DNA from: Eledone cirrhosa
Taxonomy: Eukaryota
Reading direction: 5' to 3'
Length of the DNA stretch: 64,000 bases
Assembly: GCA_964016885.1 (NCBI GenBank)
Contig: OZ024746.1
Location: 54,374,001 to 54,438,000 of the forward strand
Below the pieces are notes generated by a model. It was not told where the DNA came from. It searched no databases and saw only the letters and a list, made by a program, of their open reading frames with translations. How positions within the stretch are numbered: position 1 is the stretch's first letter; each line of letters starts with the position of its first letter. Made by a program: the position numbers and the translations under genes. Below, in pieces: positions 12,715 through 26,612 of this stretch.

Positions 12715-12860
12715 TTTATACACGCCCCGGAATATAGCTAAACTGGAATATACACCTTTTTTCTGCATTTCGTTGAGCACCACTCTGTTGTAAGCTGACA
12801 TTCCACTACACGGTACATAACACAGTGTCCTGGAAAACATTAATGCAATCGTGCATAACC

Positions 12861-12910
<50 letters not shown>

Positions 12911-12987
12911 CAAGGGCGAATCCAGCGAATTTTCAACCGTCAAGGTTGTTTTCCATGGTTATGTCACTATTTATAAAATAAATTTTG

Positions 12988-13052
12988 TATTTTATCTGAT
13001 GAAAGCGCACCAAGATTTGCTTGGTCGCCCTTGAAATATATATAATAAAATA
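12988..13052 (+). ncRNA. Type I hammerhead ribozyme (family A); inverted copy at 13598-13662
   Basis: tattttat-CTGATGA-aagcgcaccaagatttgcttggtcgccctt-GAAA-tatata-TA-ataaaata; 8-bp stem I. Confidence 0.85.
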
Positions 13053-13311
13053 ATTATGGTTTTATAAATATATTCCATTTATTAATATATTGTATATATA
13101 TATATATATAGATATATATATAGGAACGATCGATTTTCGTCAAATCGGACCGAGGGAACAATGTTTCCGTTGGTCTTTCCAATTGGTAATACTATCTATC
13201 GGTCGCAACTCCAGATAGAAGGAGCAACGTGAAATAAAGTGTCTTGCTCAAGGACATAACGCATCGCCTGGTCCAGGAATCGAACTCACAACCTTACGAT
13301 TGATATATATG

Positions 13312-13431
13312 TGAAGGCGTGTGGCTGAGTGGTTAGAAAATTGGATTCGCCATCGTAAGGTTGTGAGTTCGATTCTTGGACCAGGCGATGCGTTATGTCC
13401 TTGAGCAAGACACTTTATTTCACGTTGCTCC
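13312..13431 (+). mobile_element. tRNA-derived SINE family 2 (CORE/V-like body)
   Basis: A box tggctgagtgg, B box gagttcgattc, body tgtccttgagcaagacactttatttcacgttgctcc. Confidence 0.82.
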
Positions 13432-14280
13432 TGCTATCTGGAGTTGCGACCGATAGATAGTATTACCAATTGGAAAGACCAACGGAAACATTGTTCCCTC
13501 GCTCCGATTTGACGAACGTCGATCGTTCCTATATATATATCTATATATATATATACAATATATTAATAAATGGAAACTATATTTATAAAACCATAATTAT
13601 TTTATTATATATATTTCAAGGGCGACCAAGCAAATCTTGGTGCGCTTTCATCAGATAAAATACAAAATTTGTTTTATAAATAGTGACATAACCATGGAAA
13701 ACAACCTTGACGGTTGAAAATTCGCTGGATTCGCCCTTGAAATATATATAATAAAATAATTATGATTTTATAAATATAGTTTTCATTTATTAATATATTG
13801 AATATTTATTCCATTAACTGTTGAGTGCACTATATCAGTTATAAACATTTAAGTTTGTTGGAATCCCAACAAATTAAATATAACTTCTACATATATATAT
13901 ATATATATATAGTGAACAATGGAACGGGAACAAAACAGAGAGGCAGTACAAACAAAGGTTTATTAGTTTCACGCTCTTCATTTATATTGGGTCAATATGA
14001 AATTTGTAGAAATTTGTTGATTAAAAAGAAATTTCTACAAATTTCAGTCTTCATGACCCAATACTTACACATACACACACGTGCATATCAAGAAATATAT
14101 AAAGTCGTATAGATACAGCATCATACAAACATCCATGCAAATATAAATACATATATAAACGACTTCTGCAAGGAGACAGTACTTATCTAAACACGTTTTT
14201 CGTAATCATTTAAATAAACGTTATATGGCGTTGATGGTACAGTTGAAGATTACATGTTGAAAGATCTGGATACTTGCTCA

Positions 14281-14555
14281 CACATATACATACATACATA
14301 CATGCATATATACATACATCCATACATCCATACATCTATACATACATGCATACATACATACATACATACATACATGAATACATACATACATTCATACATA
14401 CATGCATACATACATACATCCATACATCTATACATACATGCATACATACATACATACATACATACATACATACATGAATACATACATACATACATGCATA
14501 CATACATACATGCATACATACATACATCCATACATATATACATACATGCATACAT
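14281..14555 (+). repeat. (TACA)n microsatellite
   Basis: Direct observation. Confidence 0.95.
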
Positions 14556-15115
14556 AGTGGCTGTCAACTCGTTTTCGAGTACGGCCACTACTTTACATCC
14601 ATGTAGAAGAACCCCTACCGATGCGCTGAACAAGTGTGACTTTTTAGTCCAGCCAGCGACTTGAAAACTCTGGTACAAACACTACACTTGTGACAATTAT
14701 TGACACATAGTGCTGGGACCATGGTACCATGTGACGACAAGTGCAGAGAGATCTCCAGATACAAGGCAATGCCTGTGCCGTGAAGCTTTTATAGTGAGCA
14801 AAGGCACTGCACAAAGCCAGTCCCACTCTCTTAACCAAGATGATATTTACCAAAGAGAAGAACAAGTCAACATCATTGGATACCATCAGAGTTGCAGGTG
14901 TTATATCAGAGTTTTCCTTCTCCTAGAATTCTGCCTTGACAAAGGCTAAGGGGTTATCTCTGTCGGTGATTTTGGATGGCCATAAATACATACATACATA
15001 CATACATACATGCATACATACATACATACATACACAGACACACAAACACGCACACACATACATACTTATATATATGTGCGTGTGTATACATATATATGTA
15101 TACACATATATGTGC

Positions 15116-15201
<86 letters not shown>

Positions 15202-15243
15202 GTCGGGGTCCTGAATCTTTTCATATATATATATATCTGTCTG

Positions 15244-15274
<31 letters not shown>

Positions 15275-15278
<4 letters not shown>

Positions 15279-15898
15279 GGAAAAGGATGAAACGAAATTT
15301 CATTTCTCACTCTTAGTACGGCTGCTACTTAAATATAAGTATGTATACGTACATACATACGTGTATACAGACGTACAGTAGTATGTATATATATACATAC
15401 ATGCATACATATATATATGTACGTATGGATTCACCTAACATTTATTATAATGTTCGGTTTGTTTGTAAACAAACAGCCCGAATTAAGCCGTACAGTATTC
15501 GGCAACCATCGTCACCTTTTCGTTCAACACTGACACAGCAACGATGTACTAGTTTAAAGCTTATTAGCTATCGTCAGCATCGTATACCTTCCTGTCAGAT
15601 GATTGAACGTCTGAAAGTATATACTTTCCTTATGCATATTAACGGCTGAGCAGCCGTATAGTAGTATGTTTATACATACATACATGCACACACATATATA
15701 TATATATGTACGTATGGGTTTACCGAACATTTATTATAATGCTCGGTTTGTTTGTAAACAAGTATATACTTGCAAACGTTCAATCATCTGACAGGAAGGT
15801 ATACGATGCTGAGGAGGACAGCTAATAAGCTTGAAATTAGTTTGAAACTAGTGTGCATGTATGTATATATATACATACTACTGTACGTCTGTATACAT
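15275..15898 (-). mobile_element. HHR family C element (partial tandem plus inverted segment)
   Basis: Homologous to 47536-48610; HHR at 15541-15583 (-): acgatg-CTGACGA-tagctaataagctt-TAAA-ctag-TA-catcgt; disrupted inverted HHR at 15803-15840. Confidence 0.8.
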
Positions 15899-18800
15899 GG
15901 TGGTGGTGGTATGTCTGTATGGTGGTAAGTCTGTGTGGTGGTGATGGTATGTCTGTATGATGGTGGTGGCGGTGGTGGTATGTCTGTATGAAGGTGGTGG
16001 TGGTGGTGGTGGTATGTCTGTATGAAGGTGGTGGTGGTATGTCTGTGTGGTGGTGGTGGTGGTGGTATGTCTGTATAGTGGTGGTGGTATGTCTGTATGT
16101 CAGTGGTGGTATGTCTCTATGTCAGTGGTGGTAGATCGGTATGTCCGTGGTGATATGTCTGCATGTCAGTGATGGTATGTCTGTATATCAGTGGTGATTT
16201 GACTGTATGTCAGTGGTGGTAGTATGTCTGTACGTCAGTGGTGGTGGTATGTATGTATGTCATTGGTGGTATGTCTGTATGTCAGTGATGGTATGTCTGT
16301 ATATCAGTGGTGATTTGACTGTATGTCAGTGGTGGCATGTCTGTATGTCAGTGGTGGTGGTATGTCTGTATGTCACTGGTGGTATGTCTGTATGTCAGTG
16401 GAGGTATGTCTGTATCTCAGTGGAGGTATGTCTGTATGTCAGCGGTGGTGGTATGTCTGTATGTCATTGGTGGTATGTATGTTAGTGGTGGTATGTATGT
16501 ATGTCATTGGTGGTATGTATGTTAGTGGTGGTATGTCTGTATGTCAGTGGTGGTGGTATGTCTGTATGTCAGTGGTGATTTGTCTGTATGTCAGTGGTGG
16601 TATGTCTGTATGTCAGTGGTGGTGGTATGTATGTATGTCATTGGTGGTATGTATGTATGTCAGTGGTGGTAGTATGTCTGTATTTCAGTGGTGGTATGTC
16701 TGTATGTCAATGGTGGTATGTGTGGATGTAAGAGGTGGTATGTCTGTATGTCAGTGGTGGTATGTCTGTATGTCAGTGGTGGTATGTCTGTATCTCAGTG
16801 ATGCTATGTCTGTATGTCAGTGGTGGTGGTATGTCTGTATGTCAATGGTGGTATGTCTGTATATCAGTGGTGGTGGTATGTTTGTATGTCTCTGGTGGTA
16901 TGTCTGTATGTCAGTCGTGGTATGTCTGTATGTCAGTGGTGGTATGTCTGTATGTCGGTGGTGGTATGTCTGTATGATGTCAGTGGTGGTATGTCTGTAT
17001 GTCGGTGGTGGCCTGTCTGTATGTCAGTGGTTGTGATGTGGCTGTATGTCAGTGGTGGTATGGCAGTATGTGAGTGGTGGTATGTCTGTATGTCAGTGTT
17101 GGTATGTCTGTATGTCAGTGGTGGTGGTATGGCAGTATGTGAGTGGTGGTATGTCTGTATGTCAGTGTTGGTATGTCTGTATGTCAGTGGTGGTATGTCT
17201 GTATGTCAGTGGTGGTATGTCTGTATGTCAGTAGTGGTATGTCTGTATGTCAATGGTTGTGATGTGTCTGTATGTCAGTGGTGGTATGGCAGTATGTGAG
17301 TGGTGGTATGTCTGTATGTCAGTGTTGGTATGTCTGTATGTCAGTGGTAGTGTGTCTGTATGTCTGTGGTGGTATGTCTGTGTCTCAGTGGTTGCATGTC
17401 TGTATGTCAGTGGTGAGGGTATGTCTGTATGTCAGTGGTGGTGGTATGGCTGTGTGTCAATGGTGGTAAGTGTGCATATCAGTAGTAGTATGTCTATATG
17501 TCAGTGGTGGTATGTCTGTATGTCAGTGGTGGTGGTATGTCTGTATGTCAGTGGTGGTGGTATGCCTGTATGTCAGTGGTGGTATGTCTGTATGTCAGTG
17601 GTGGTGGTATATCTGTATGTCAATGGTGGTAAGTGTGCATGTCAGTAGTGGTATGTCTGTATGTCAGTGGAGGTATGTCTGTATGTCAGTTGTGGTATGT
17701 CTGTATGTCAGTGGTGGTGGTATGTCAGTGTGTCAGTGTTGGTGGTATGTCTGTGTCTCAGTGATGGTATGTCTGGATGTCAGTGGTGGTGGTATGCCTG
17801 TATGTCAGTGGTGGTATGTCTGTATGTCAGTGGTGGTATGTCTGTATGTCAGTGGTGGTGGTATGTCTGTGTGTCAGTGTTGGTGGTATGTCCGTGTCTC
17901 AGTCATGGTATGTCTGTGTGTCAGTGGTGGTGGTATGCCTGTATCTCAGTGGTGGCATGTCTGTATGTCAGTGGTGGTATGTCTGTATGTCAGTGGTGGT
18001 ATGTCTGTATCTCAGTGGTGGCATGTCTGTATGTCAGTGGTGATGGTGTGTCTGTATGTCAGTGCTGGTGGTATGTCTGTATATCAGTGGTGGTATGTCT
18101 GTATGTCAGTGGTAGTATGGCAGTATGTCAGTGGTGGTAAATGTATGTCAGTGGTAGTGTGTCTGTATGTCAGTAGTGGTGGTATGTCTGTATATCAGTG
18201 GTGATGGTGTGTCTGTATGTATGTCAGTGGTGGTATGTCAGTGGTGGTGGTATGTCTGTATGTCAGTAGTGGTATGTCTGTATGTCAGTGGAGGTATGTC
18301 GGTATGTCAATGGTGGTATGTCTGTATGTCAGTGGTGGTGGTATGTCTGTATATGAGTGGTGGTATGTCTGTATGTCAGTGGTGGTATGTCTGTATGTCA
18401 ATGGTGGTATGTCTGTATGTCAGTGGTGGTATCTCTGTATGTCAGTGGAGGTATGTCTGTATGTCAGTGGTGGTATGTCTGTATGTCAGTGGTGGTGGTA
18501 TGTCTGTATGTCAGTGGTGGTGGTATGTCTGTATGTCAGTGGTGGTGGTATGTCTGTATGTCAGTGGTGGTGTGTCTGTATGTCAGTGGTGGTATGTCTG
18601 TATGTCAGTGTTGGTATGTCTGCATGTCAGTGTTGGTATGTGTATATGTCAATGGTGGTAAGTGTGTATGTCAGTGGTGGTATATCTGTATGTCAGTGGT
18701 GGTATGTCTGTATGTCAGTGGTGGTATGTCTGTATGTCAGTGGTGGTATGTCTGTATGTCAGTGGTGGTATGGCTGTATGTCAGTGGTGGTATGTCTGTA

Positions 18801-19216
18801 TGTCAGTGCTGGTGGTATGTCTGTATATCAGTGGTGGTGGTATGTCTGTATGTCAGTAGTGGTGGTATATCTGTATCTCAGTGGTGGCATATCTGTATGT
18901 CAGTGGTGATGGTGTGTCTGTATGTCAGTGGTGGTATGTCAGTGCTGGTGGTATGTCTGTATGTCAGTGGTGGTATGTCTGTATGTCAGTGGTGGTATGT
19001 CAGTATGTCAGTGATGGTATGTCTGTATGTCAGTGGTGGTATGTCTGTATGTCAGTGGTGGTATGTCTGTATGTCAGCGGTGGTGGTATGTCTGTATATC
19101 AGTGGTGGTGATATGTCTGTATATCAGTGGTGGTGGTATGTCTGTATATCAGTGGTGGTGGTATGTCTGTATATCAGTGGTGGTGGTATGTCTGTATGTC
19201 AGTGGTAGTATGTCTG
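15899..19216 (+). repeat. 22-bp minisatellite (GTCAGTGGTGGTATGTCTGTAT)n with 25-bp variants
   Basis: ~3.3-kb tandem array; source of the V/C/W-rich spurious ORFs. Confidence 0.97.
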
Positions 19217-19319
19217 TTGATTGGTCAACCAGAAACGACATATATACCATTACTAAATCAGGATATATTTTTCATAGGATTATTTTCCTTTCTGAAAGGT
19301 TAAAAATTGAAACATTAGT

Positions 19320-19344
19320 ATCATCATCACCATCATCATCATGT

Positions 19345-19432
<88 letters not shown>

Positions 19433-19485
19433 CAGCAGCAGCAGCAGCATCAGCAATAGTAACAGTAGTAGTAGTAGCAGTTGCT

Positions 19486-19543
<58 letters not shown>

Positions 19544-19598
19544 CAGCTGTAGCAGTAGTAGTATTAATAGTAGTAGTAGTAGCAGCGGCAGCAGCAGC

Positions 19599-19655
<57 letters not shown>
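19320..19655 (+). repeat. Compound (TCA)/(GCA)/(GTA)n microsatellite
   Basis: Direct observation. Confidence 0.95.
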
Positions 19656-19657
<2 letters not shown>

Positions 19658-20110
19658 GATCGTTATTGTGAAAGAAGTAGAAGAAAAAAAAACAATAATC
19701 TCATTAATTTGAAAAAAAATTGTAACAGAACAAAAATAAAAACGTTAAAGAAACTAACTGGACATACAACTAGGACAAGAGCATCAACCACTGGAACATC
19801 AACAATAGCAACAATAACAACGTAATAAACGTCCTACAACAACAACAATAACAACACAATACACGTCCAACAACAACAACAACAATAACAACACAATACA
19901 CGTCCAACAACAACAACAATAACTATTGTAATATCAATAGAAACCAAATGTAACTAACAGTCTCAATCTCAATTCAATACATGAGACAGAAACAACAGTA
20001 ATTACTATAACAATACAATATAGAGACATCATAATGTAGTCACAATAACATCAACAACTGAAACAATTTATTTCAGTTCCAGCTCTCTCTATATATATGT
20101 ATAAACATGC

Positions 20111-20185
<75 letters not shown>

Positions 20186-20413
20186 AATATAGATTTAGAG
20201 AGAATCGCATTTCGGCGGGTAGAAAAGGCGAAACGAAACGCAAAAATCAGAAATGATGCTGGCAAGCGCTCCATAGTTAACCCCCCCCCCCCCAGAGTTA
20301 ACAATATGTTAAGAGGCCATACAAAACTGAAATAGTGGTCAAGAAAGCATCAACCACCTAAGCCAAAAAGCAAATGAAGCTAAACAGGTCAAAACAAAAT
20401 AAATGATAAAAGA

Positions 20414-20447
<34 letters not shown>

Positions 20448-20698
20448 TGAAAAATAGAGCAAGAAACGAGGACTATCCGTCATCAGTGATCTTCTGACTA
20501 TCATTGGTATTTCTTAGCATTAAAGATCAGATACATCAAAGTCAGTGCGAGCAATAACTAAAATAAGTTATTGGGTTAAAAAAGGGTGGGTGGAGAAAGA
20601 GAGACATGTAAACAAACAAATTGGTAAGGCAACGTAAAAAGAGGAAAATGAGAAAACAATCATACATGGGAACTTAAGTTCTAGAAAATCAATGACGA

Positions 20699-20776
20699 GA
20701 AGAAGAAGAAGAAGAAGAAGAAGAAGAAGAAGAAGAAGAAGAAGAAGAAGAAGAAGAAGAAGAAGAAGAAGAAGAA
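20699..20776 (+). repeat. (GAA)n microsatellite
   Basis: Direct observation. Confidence 0.95.
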
Positions 20777-20934
20777 GGACGCGTCCGAACCCGCGAAATG
20801 TGAGCGAGAAAATGATTTCACACATGTCAGACGGGAGCGAGTGAGAGAGGGGAGTAGCAGAGAGTGAGTAAGCAAAAGTGTGAGGAAGAGGCCAGCCAAG
20901 AGAGTGTGACCAGCAGAGGAGGCGAATGAAAGTA

Positions 20935-21050
20935 ATGTACATATATATACATACTACTGTACGTCTGTATTCATATATGTATGTACGTATACATACTTAT
21001 ATTTAAGTATCAGCCGTACTAAGAGTGAGAAATGAAATTTCATCTTTTCC
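20935..21050 (+). mobile_element. Family C terminal fragment
   Basis: Reverse complement of 15278-15395. Confidence 0.75.
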
Positions 21051-21054
21051 ATAT

Positions 21055-21580
21055 ATATAAAATAATTAAGTTTATTATAAACTATAGTTATACATTTATA
21101 TATATTTCGGTGACAGCCATAATTGGCTGTGACCTCTTCAGGCAGTCCAAATTGGTGTGGGAAAGACAGGTACACATGTTGTTGAAGTGTGTTTCACTCC
21201 GTCAATACATCGATATATCCAGCTCCTGGTTGTGTTGTTATTCTTCTGAGAAACTGGAATCATGTTTCCAGCTCCTCAGAATAATAACAACACAATCAGG
21301 AGCTGGACATATCGATGTTTTCAGGGAGTAAAATACATTTCAACAACACGTGTACCTGTCTTTCCCACACCAATTCCGACTGCCTGAAGAAGTCACAGCC
21401 AATTATGTCTATCACCGAAATATATATAATAGTATATCTATAGTTTATAATAAACTAAGCCAAATTTTACATATTTGACTTAATTATTTTACATTACTCC
21501 GGAGTAAACAAACCAGCCCGCGTACTTCGTCGAGTGCTCCAATCTGCATACTTAGGTGTCGGTAAACAACCAACATATAC

Positions 21581-21585
<5 letters not shown>
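21055..21585. mobile_element. HHR family B fold-back element
   Basis: ~200-bp inverted arms around ~21260; HHR at 21379-21433 (+) actgc-CTGAAGA-...-GAAA-tatata-TA and at 21093-21146 (-); homolog at 61517-61870. Confidence 0.82.
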
Positions 21586-21619
<34 letters not shown>

Positions 21620-21818
21620 ATACTTGGGGAGGGTCATACTTGTGCAATATTGCCAGAATTAATAACAGAACACACTCACTGTTTGGTTGGTTTTCGCTTC
21701 TCGCTTCTGTGTCTTTTATACGGTAATCTAACTTACTCGGTCCTCAATGTTGCCATTGACTGACCGACGGTCAAAAATAATATAGATACAATATAGACAA
21801 AAATACATATATATAGTT

Positions 21819-21862
21819 TATCATAAATCTTTCGTTGCACATCTGCAACATCGTCAGTGGTG
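21819..21862 (-). ncRNA. Minimal hammerhead ribozyme in the PLE 3' pLTR
   Basis: acca-CTGACGA-t-gttgca gatg tgcaac-GAAA-gatt-TA-tgat; stem I imperfect. Confidence 0.72.
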
Positions 21863-22105
21863 CTATCGTTTCCTCCTGTTGTATTGTATGTCTACGCCAT
21901 TTTTATTCAGTCTGTCTATATATTTATTTATTTATTTACTTGTTTTTTTTTATTTTGTCTTCTTTGCGCATGCGTTTGCGTGTGTGTATAGTGTTTTGTT
22001 TGCTGTGTGATGGGTGACTAGTGTGTGTTTGTGTGCTTGTTGTTATTGGGCTTGTGTATTTATTTATTTATTTATTTATTTATTTATTTTATTTTATTTA
22101 CTTAT

Positions 22106-24245
22106 TTATACTTCTCTTAGGTCAGTGTTGTTTGTTTGGGTGTTGTTGTTATTCCATTCATTCTTTCTGTTTAGTCTTGGTCTTCTAATTTCTATTTCAC
22201 TGGCCTCTCTGATTTGCCTATCTGCTGGGTCATTTCTATGTTTAGATATTATTCTAATTTCTATGTTGTCTAAGTTACCGTCATGTTGTTGTCTAGCATG
22301 TTCGTATAGTACTGACCCGTTTTTTCGTCCTTTTAGTTCCCCCCAGTGTTGGTCTATCCTTTCACCTATTCTACGAGCTGTCTCGCCTATGTATGTTATT
22401 GTCATGTCTCTGCACGTACCCTCTGTACATCTTATGCTATAGACTAGGTTTCTAGTTTTACAGTTTATCCGGGGTTTACCTTACATATGATACATTTCCT
22501 ATTTGTACAGTGGGTTTCCTTAAAACGGTAGGTTTTGCTGATCAGGGATTTTATGGTGGTTCCTGGCTTTTCTACCACCTTAATTTTTAAGTGGGTCTTT
22601 CTCAGGGCCTTTCTACACTGGTTAGCTAATTTCCCTCCAGGGGTAGCGTCCACAAACATGACACTCTGGTATCTCTGGTTGTCGTACCATACGGTGGCTT
22701 TCCCTATCTTATGTCTAGCCCTATCTAAGCTATTCCATGATTTGCTCCTGTATAATGGGCAAATTCCTTTCATGTCCAGTTCTATGAGGGTCTTATACTT
22801 CCCCATGGCTCCTTCGTATACTCTGACTCTGTCTCTTTGGTTGTAGCCAGAGAACTGCATGCGCTTGATGAAGTGTTGGATGTGTCTTTCCATTTCTGTT
22901 GGGTCGCACATGCGCGACACATTCTTCATCACTCGTACCAAATCTGCGATCAAAATATTAAACTTAGCACTACTGGACATTGCTGAGTTTTTGAGTATCA
23001 GGTATTTGGAGGCCATGGGTTTAGCATAGTGTGAGTGGAGAATTTGGGCTCTCTCGTCTATAGTGTTAATCCAGAGTTCTGTGTCTAATACAGGTAGTCT
23101 ATTGTTAGGGTGTTTGGAAGGGAAGTCGATAGTTACAGTTATACTCTGGTGTATGGAATTAGCTATCTGCTGGATGCTTTCCATCGTGCTACGTTCTAAA
23201 TCAAACTTGTTAGTGCTCTCTAGTGGGGATGTTCTTAAAACTATATTGATATCGTCTACATAACGAGAGTACATGATGAGGTCTATGGAGCTCTCATTAA
23301 GGAGATCTTTAAGTCTCCTTTCCCACCATACCATGAAATGTTTGGCAACATCAACAGCTATGCTGAGGCCAATGGCTGCTCCCTCATTTTGGGTGTAGAT
23401 CTTCTCGTTGAACTTGAATATGTGGCCCTTTAGGGTAGTTTTGATACTAGCCCCTATTGCATGTGCGACCATTTTTCTTACCTGATCATTGTTTTGGGGT
23501 GTCCGTATAGCTTTGGTCCACCCAATCCACCTTCCCATGGGAGTCTTTTTTGCCATTGAGGTTATGGTGGGGGGTCTAACTCTTATAGGTCTACTAGGGC
23601 AGAAACGTCTAAGGTCATGGCTGTCTAGGTAGTCAGTGTCGTAGGTAAGTCTAAGTAGGAGGCCCAATTCGTCTGTGTCGACGTCGCAGAACTCCACCTC
23701 ACTCTCAATGATCATCTTCACACATCTTTTCACAGCAAATCAATGTTAATGGATGGGTACAGTGACACCACATCCATGCTGCCTATTATGCAGTTGGATA
23801 GGTTCCTGTTTTTGTTGCACTCACTGATTCTGCTGAGGAGGTCCTCTGTACTGTCACATACATCTGGGGACATCTTGATTATGGGGCGTATAACCATTGA
23901 GAGGAAGTAGGAGATCCTGTAGTTACTAGCTATATTAGCTCCGCATAAGGGTCTTGTTGGTGGTCCTGTTGTCGGGTCGTCGACTGTCTTGTGTACAAAG
24001 GTGGTATGCCATTGTTAGACGCCTGGAAGTTGTTGGCAGTGCGTCTTCTTGGCTTTAGGGTGTCAGTCTACATCATCATGTGAGCGTTGAGGATTTTCTC
24101 TCTCCCATCGTGTGTTTGTTGTGCAATTTCGCTCGTGTTGGTGATGTGGGGTTGCATAGCCTTGATGTAGTTCGGCATGCTATCTATTGACATCCTACCA
24201 GACTTATCCGTGGGTAGACATACTACCTCACCATCCCCTGTGCGC
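22106..24245 (-). pseudogene. PLE RT-GIY-YIG ORF, frameshifted
   Basis: ORFs 24068-24397 (part), 22465-23733 and 22106-22405; long insertion upstream of the QxxG motif. Confidence 0.88.
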
Positions 24246-24468
24246 TGCTTTATATATATATTTATATATATATATAAATAATTACAACAGTGACATAGAC
24301 AGGTACACAAGTTTCGTTGGATTCTGGGCCCAACTGATTCAGTCTGACATGGACTGAGTGTTCTTACCCTTGGATATTTCAATCTATCTATCTGCATTTA
24401 TATAAAATATCAGTCCAGTATTTTAGTCGATTCCACTTCATATTTTCCTCACCCCCTCCTCTCTCTCT

Positions 24469-24552
<84 letters not shown>

Positions 24553-24614
24553 ATCCCCCCTCCCCCTCCCCCCTCTCTATTTTCAACACCCACCACACTC
24601 TCTCTTCTTCCATC

Positions 24615-25990
24615 ATCTGTAAGTCCAATGACTCCCACTTATGCCTCGACTTCAGCTCTTCCCATCCCACTCACACCAAATTCTCCATGCTCTACTCCCA
24701 GTTCCTCCATCTTTGTCGGCTCTGTAGCCATGACCAGACTTTCGAGACCCTGTCCCAACACAAGGTCTCCCACTTTATTTAGTGGGAATAACTCGCTCCC
24801 TTCACCCACGCACAAGGTCTGAGCAGTGTCTCATTTTTCGCCTTGGGTTCACTCTACCTCTCCGGCAACATACCCTCCTTTGCTTCCGCACGCTCTCTTC
24901 TGACCCCATCATTTCTCGTTTCTTTCCAAACCCACTCGTCACCGCCTTTAAGCACGATTGGAAGTTTCGCGACCTCCTGGTCCGCAGTTCCTGACCTTCT
25001 CCTAGGACTCCATCCGGTTCCCAGCCTTCTTCTCGTCCTCGCTGTAGCACATGGCTCTTCATTTTTAACCTCACCACTTTCACAACATCTAATGGTTCAT
25101 TCTGTATCCGCCACTCCACCTTCATATCCATCCACGGCTCTATGCCCTCTGGTGTTCTATTTGCGAGTCCATATACATCTGACAATAAGGTCGCCGCTTG
25201 GCGGACCGATTCGCTGAACACCTCAGCTACATTTGACGCGGCGTAGATACCTCCTTACATATCTCAATCCTTGCGGTCCTTTTACACCACGAATCGTTGT
25301 CCTCGCGCACCAGGACTGAACAGATTCTGACTTTCTGTCTGCATTCCAGTTTCCCAATGAAATTAACTCCCCTCCCTAATTTCTTTAATCTTGCACACAT
25401 ATTCTCGCACTTAATTCTATACCCCTACCTCGTCCGCTGTCACATGCGCGTGTACATTTATCCCCTTGTTTACATTCAGAAACAGACATTCTTACACCCA
25501 GTACAGACCAACAACAAACACGCACACACATGTACAATAACCGTCACAGCTCTTAAGAAATCAACACCTAACACTTATATACACATATATACTCACAACT
25601 TCGTACTTACAACACAACACCAACGCGCCCACACACACATTCTCTTAAACTTATATATACACACACATGTTTTCTTAGCTTCGTACGAACAAATAACACA
25701 CATACACACGCACACATGCATGTTCTATATATAAAAAGCTTTTTTTTCCCTTTTCAACTAGGCGCATTCGATCACCGCCTTTTAAAACAAGACCAACTGA
25801 TTTTCTTATACAACAAAGCCAGAATCAGCAGTTTCCCAAGAGATAATTACTTCAATAGATCTGTTTTTTTCTTAAATAGTTTCTGCTATTGACCACTCTC
25901 CTCTATCATTCTATTTCTTCTTTAATTTCTCATTCTATTTCCTGACGAAGGACTAGAGTCCGAATTGTGAAGACTATATCAAGCGTAAAT
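24615..25990 (+). mobile_element. Decayed Neptune-type Penelope-like element, 3' part
   Basis: SSSHPTHTKFSMLYSQFLHLCRLC, AFKHDWKFRDLLVRS, RRLADRFAEHL; decayed HHR ctgacga-a-ggactagagtcc-gaat at 25942. Confidence 0.75.
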
Positions 25991-26612
25991 GTAATAACAT
26001 AGTTCTTCATTGTACTGTCACGTTTGCTTTGTTATTGCTGTTTGCTTTTTGCATACACACATGCACTGCCCCCTTCTCCCTCTCTCACACACACACACAT
26101 ACACAGATACACACACATACACAGACACACACGCATATATATATATATATATATATGTGTTTTCATATGTGTACAACATTTGCTACCTGGGAAAAGAGAC
26201 GTAAGTCTATATGATGATGGAGATAATGGTGACGTGTGTTCATCTAATTCTGTCTCTATAGAGCGGCCGGCTGTGAAGACATACGACTTCTGTCTACCTG
26301 TCTAGCCAACATAATGAATTTATTGACGTTACATGAAAGATAAAAGAAAGCATTCTTTTAAACTGATTATCTTGTGTTTGTTTTCCCTCTGTTACACAAA
26401 CACAAACGTGCACACTCAACCACTCACAAACGATACAAAAATTCCACATACACACACATCATATTCACGTACACGCACTCGTACGTACACACACATATTT
26501 ACATATAAAATACACAGAATGTTTAACACACGCTTACAGGTATACAAGCACGCACAAATGTGCACACATCAAAATATCATACAAAGACATACACAGACTC
26601 ACACACAGAAGC

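Larger units (their letters stand above)
12900..13890. mobile_element. HHR family A element in a ~400-bp-arm inverted repeat enclosing a SINE
   Basis: Arms ~12900-13300 and ~13350-13750; (TA)n at both ends; family A 3' end cccaacaaattaaatataac at ~13865. Confidence 0.85.
21613..24245 (-). mobile_element. Penelope-like element (RT + C-terminal GIY-YIG), 5'-truncated, between (TA)n tracts
   Basis: TDKSGRM, YTQNEGAAIG, YSRYVDDI, LPVLDTELW, CxxxxCxxC linker, YIGETARRIGERIDQH; 3' end ...atgaccctccccaagtataacaa(TA)n. Confidence 0.9.

Noticed and set aside
13312-13385. tRNA gene
   Set aside because: A/B boxes run directly into a SINE body and no clean cloverleaf is seen
15899-19216. CRISPR-like array
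   Set aside because: Contiguous tandem units with no unique spacers; eukaryotic context
16207-19712. Long V/C/W-rich and poly-S/V ORFs
   Set aside because: Translations of the 22-bp minisatellite and triplet repeats
24295-24348. Hammerhead on the minus strand (ctgaatca-gttggg..tccaac-gaaa)
   Set aside because: Core not CUGANGA and stem I mismatched; at most a decayed relic
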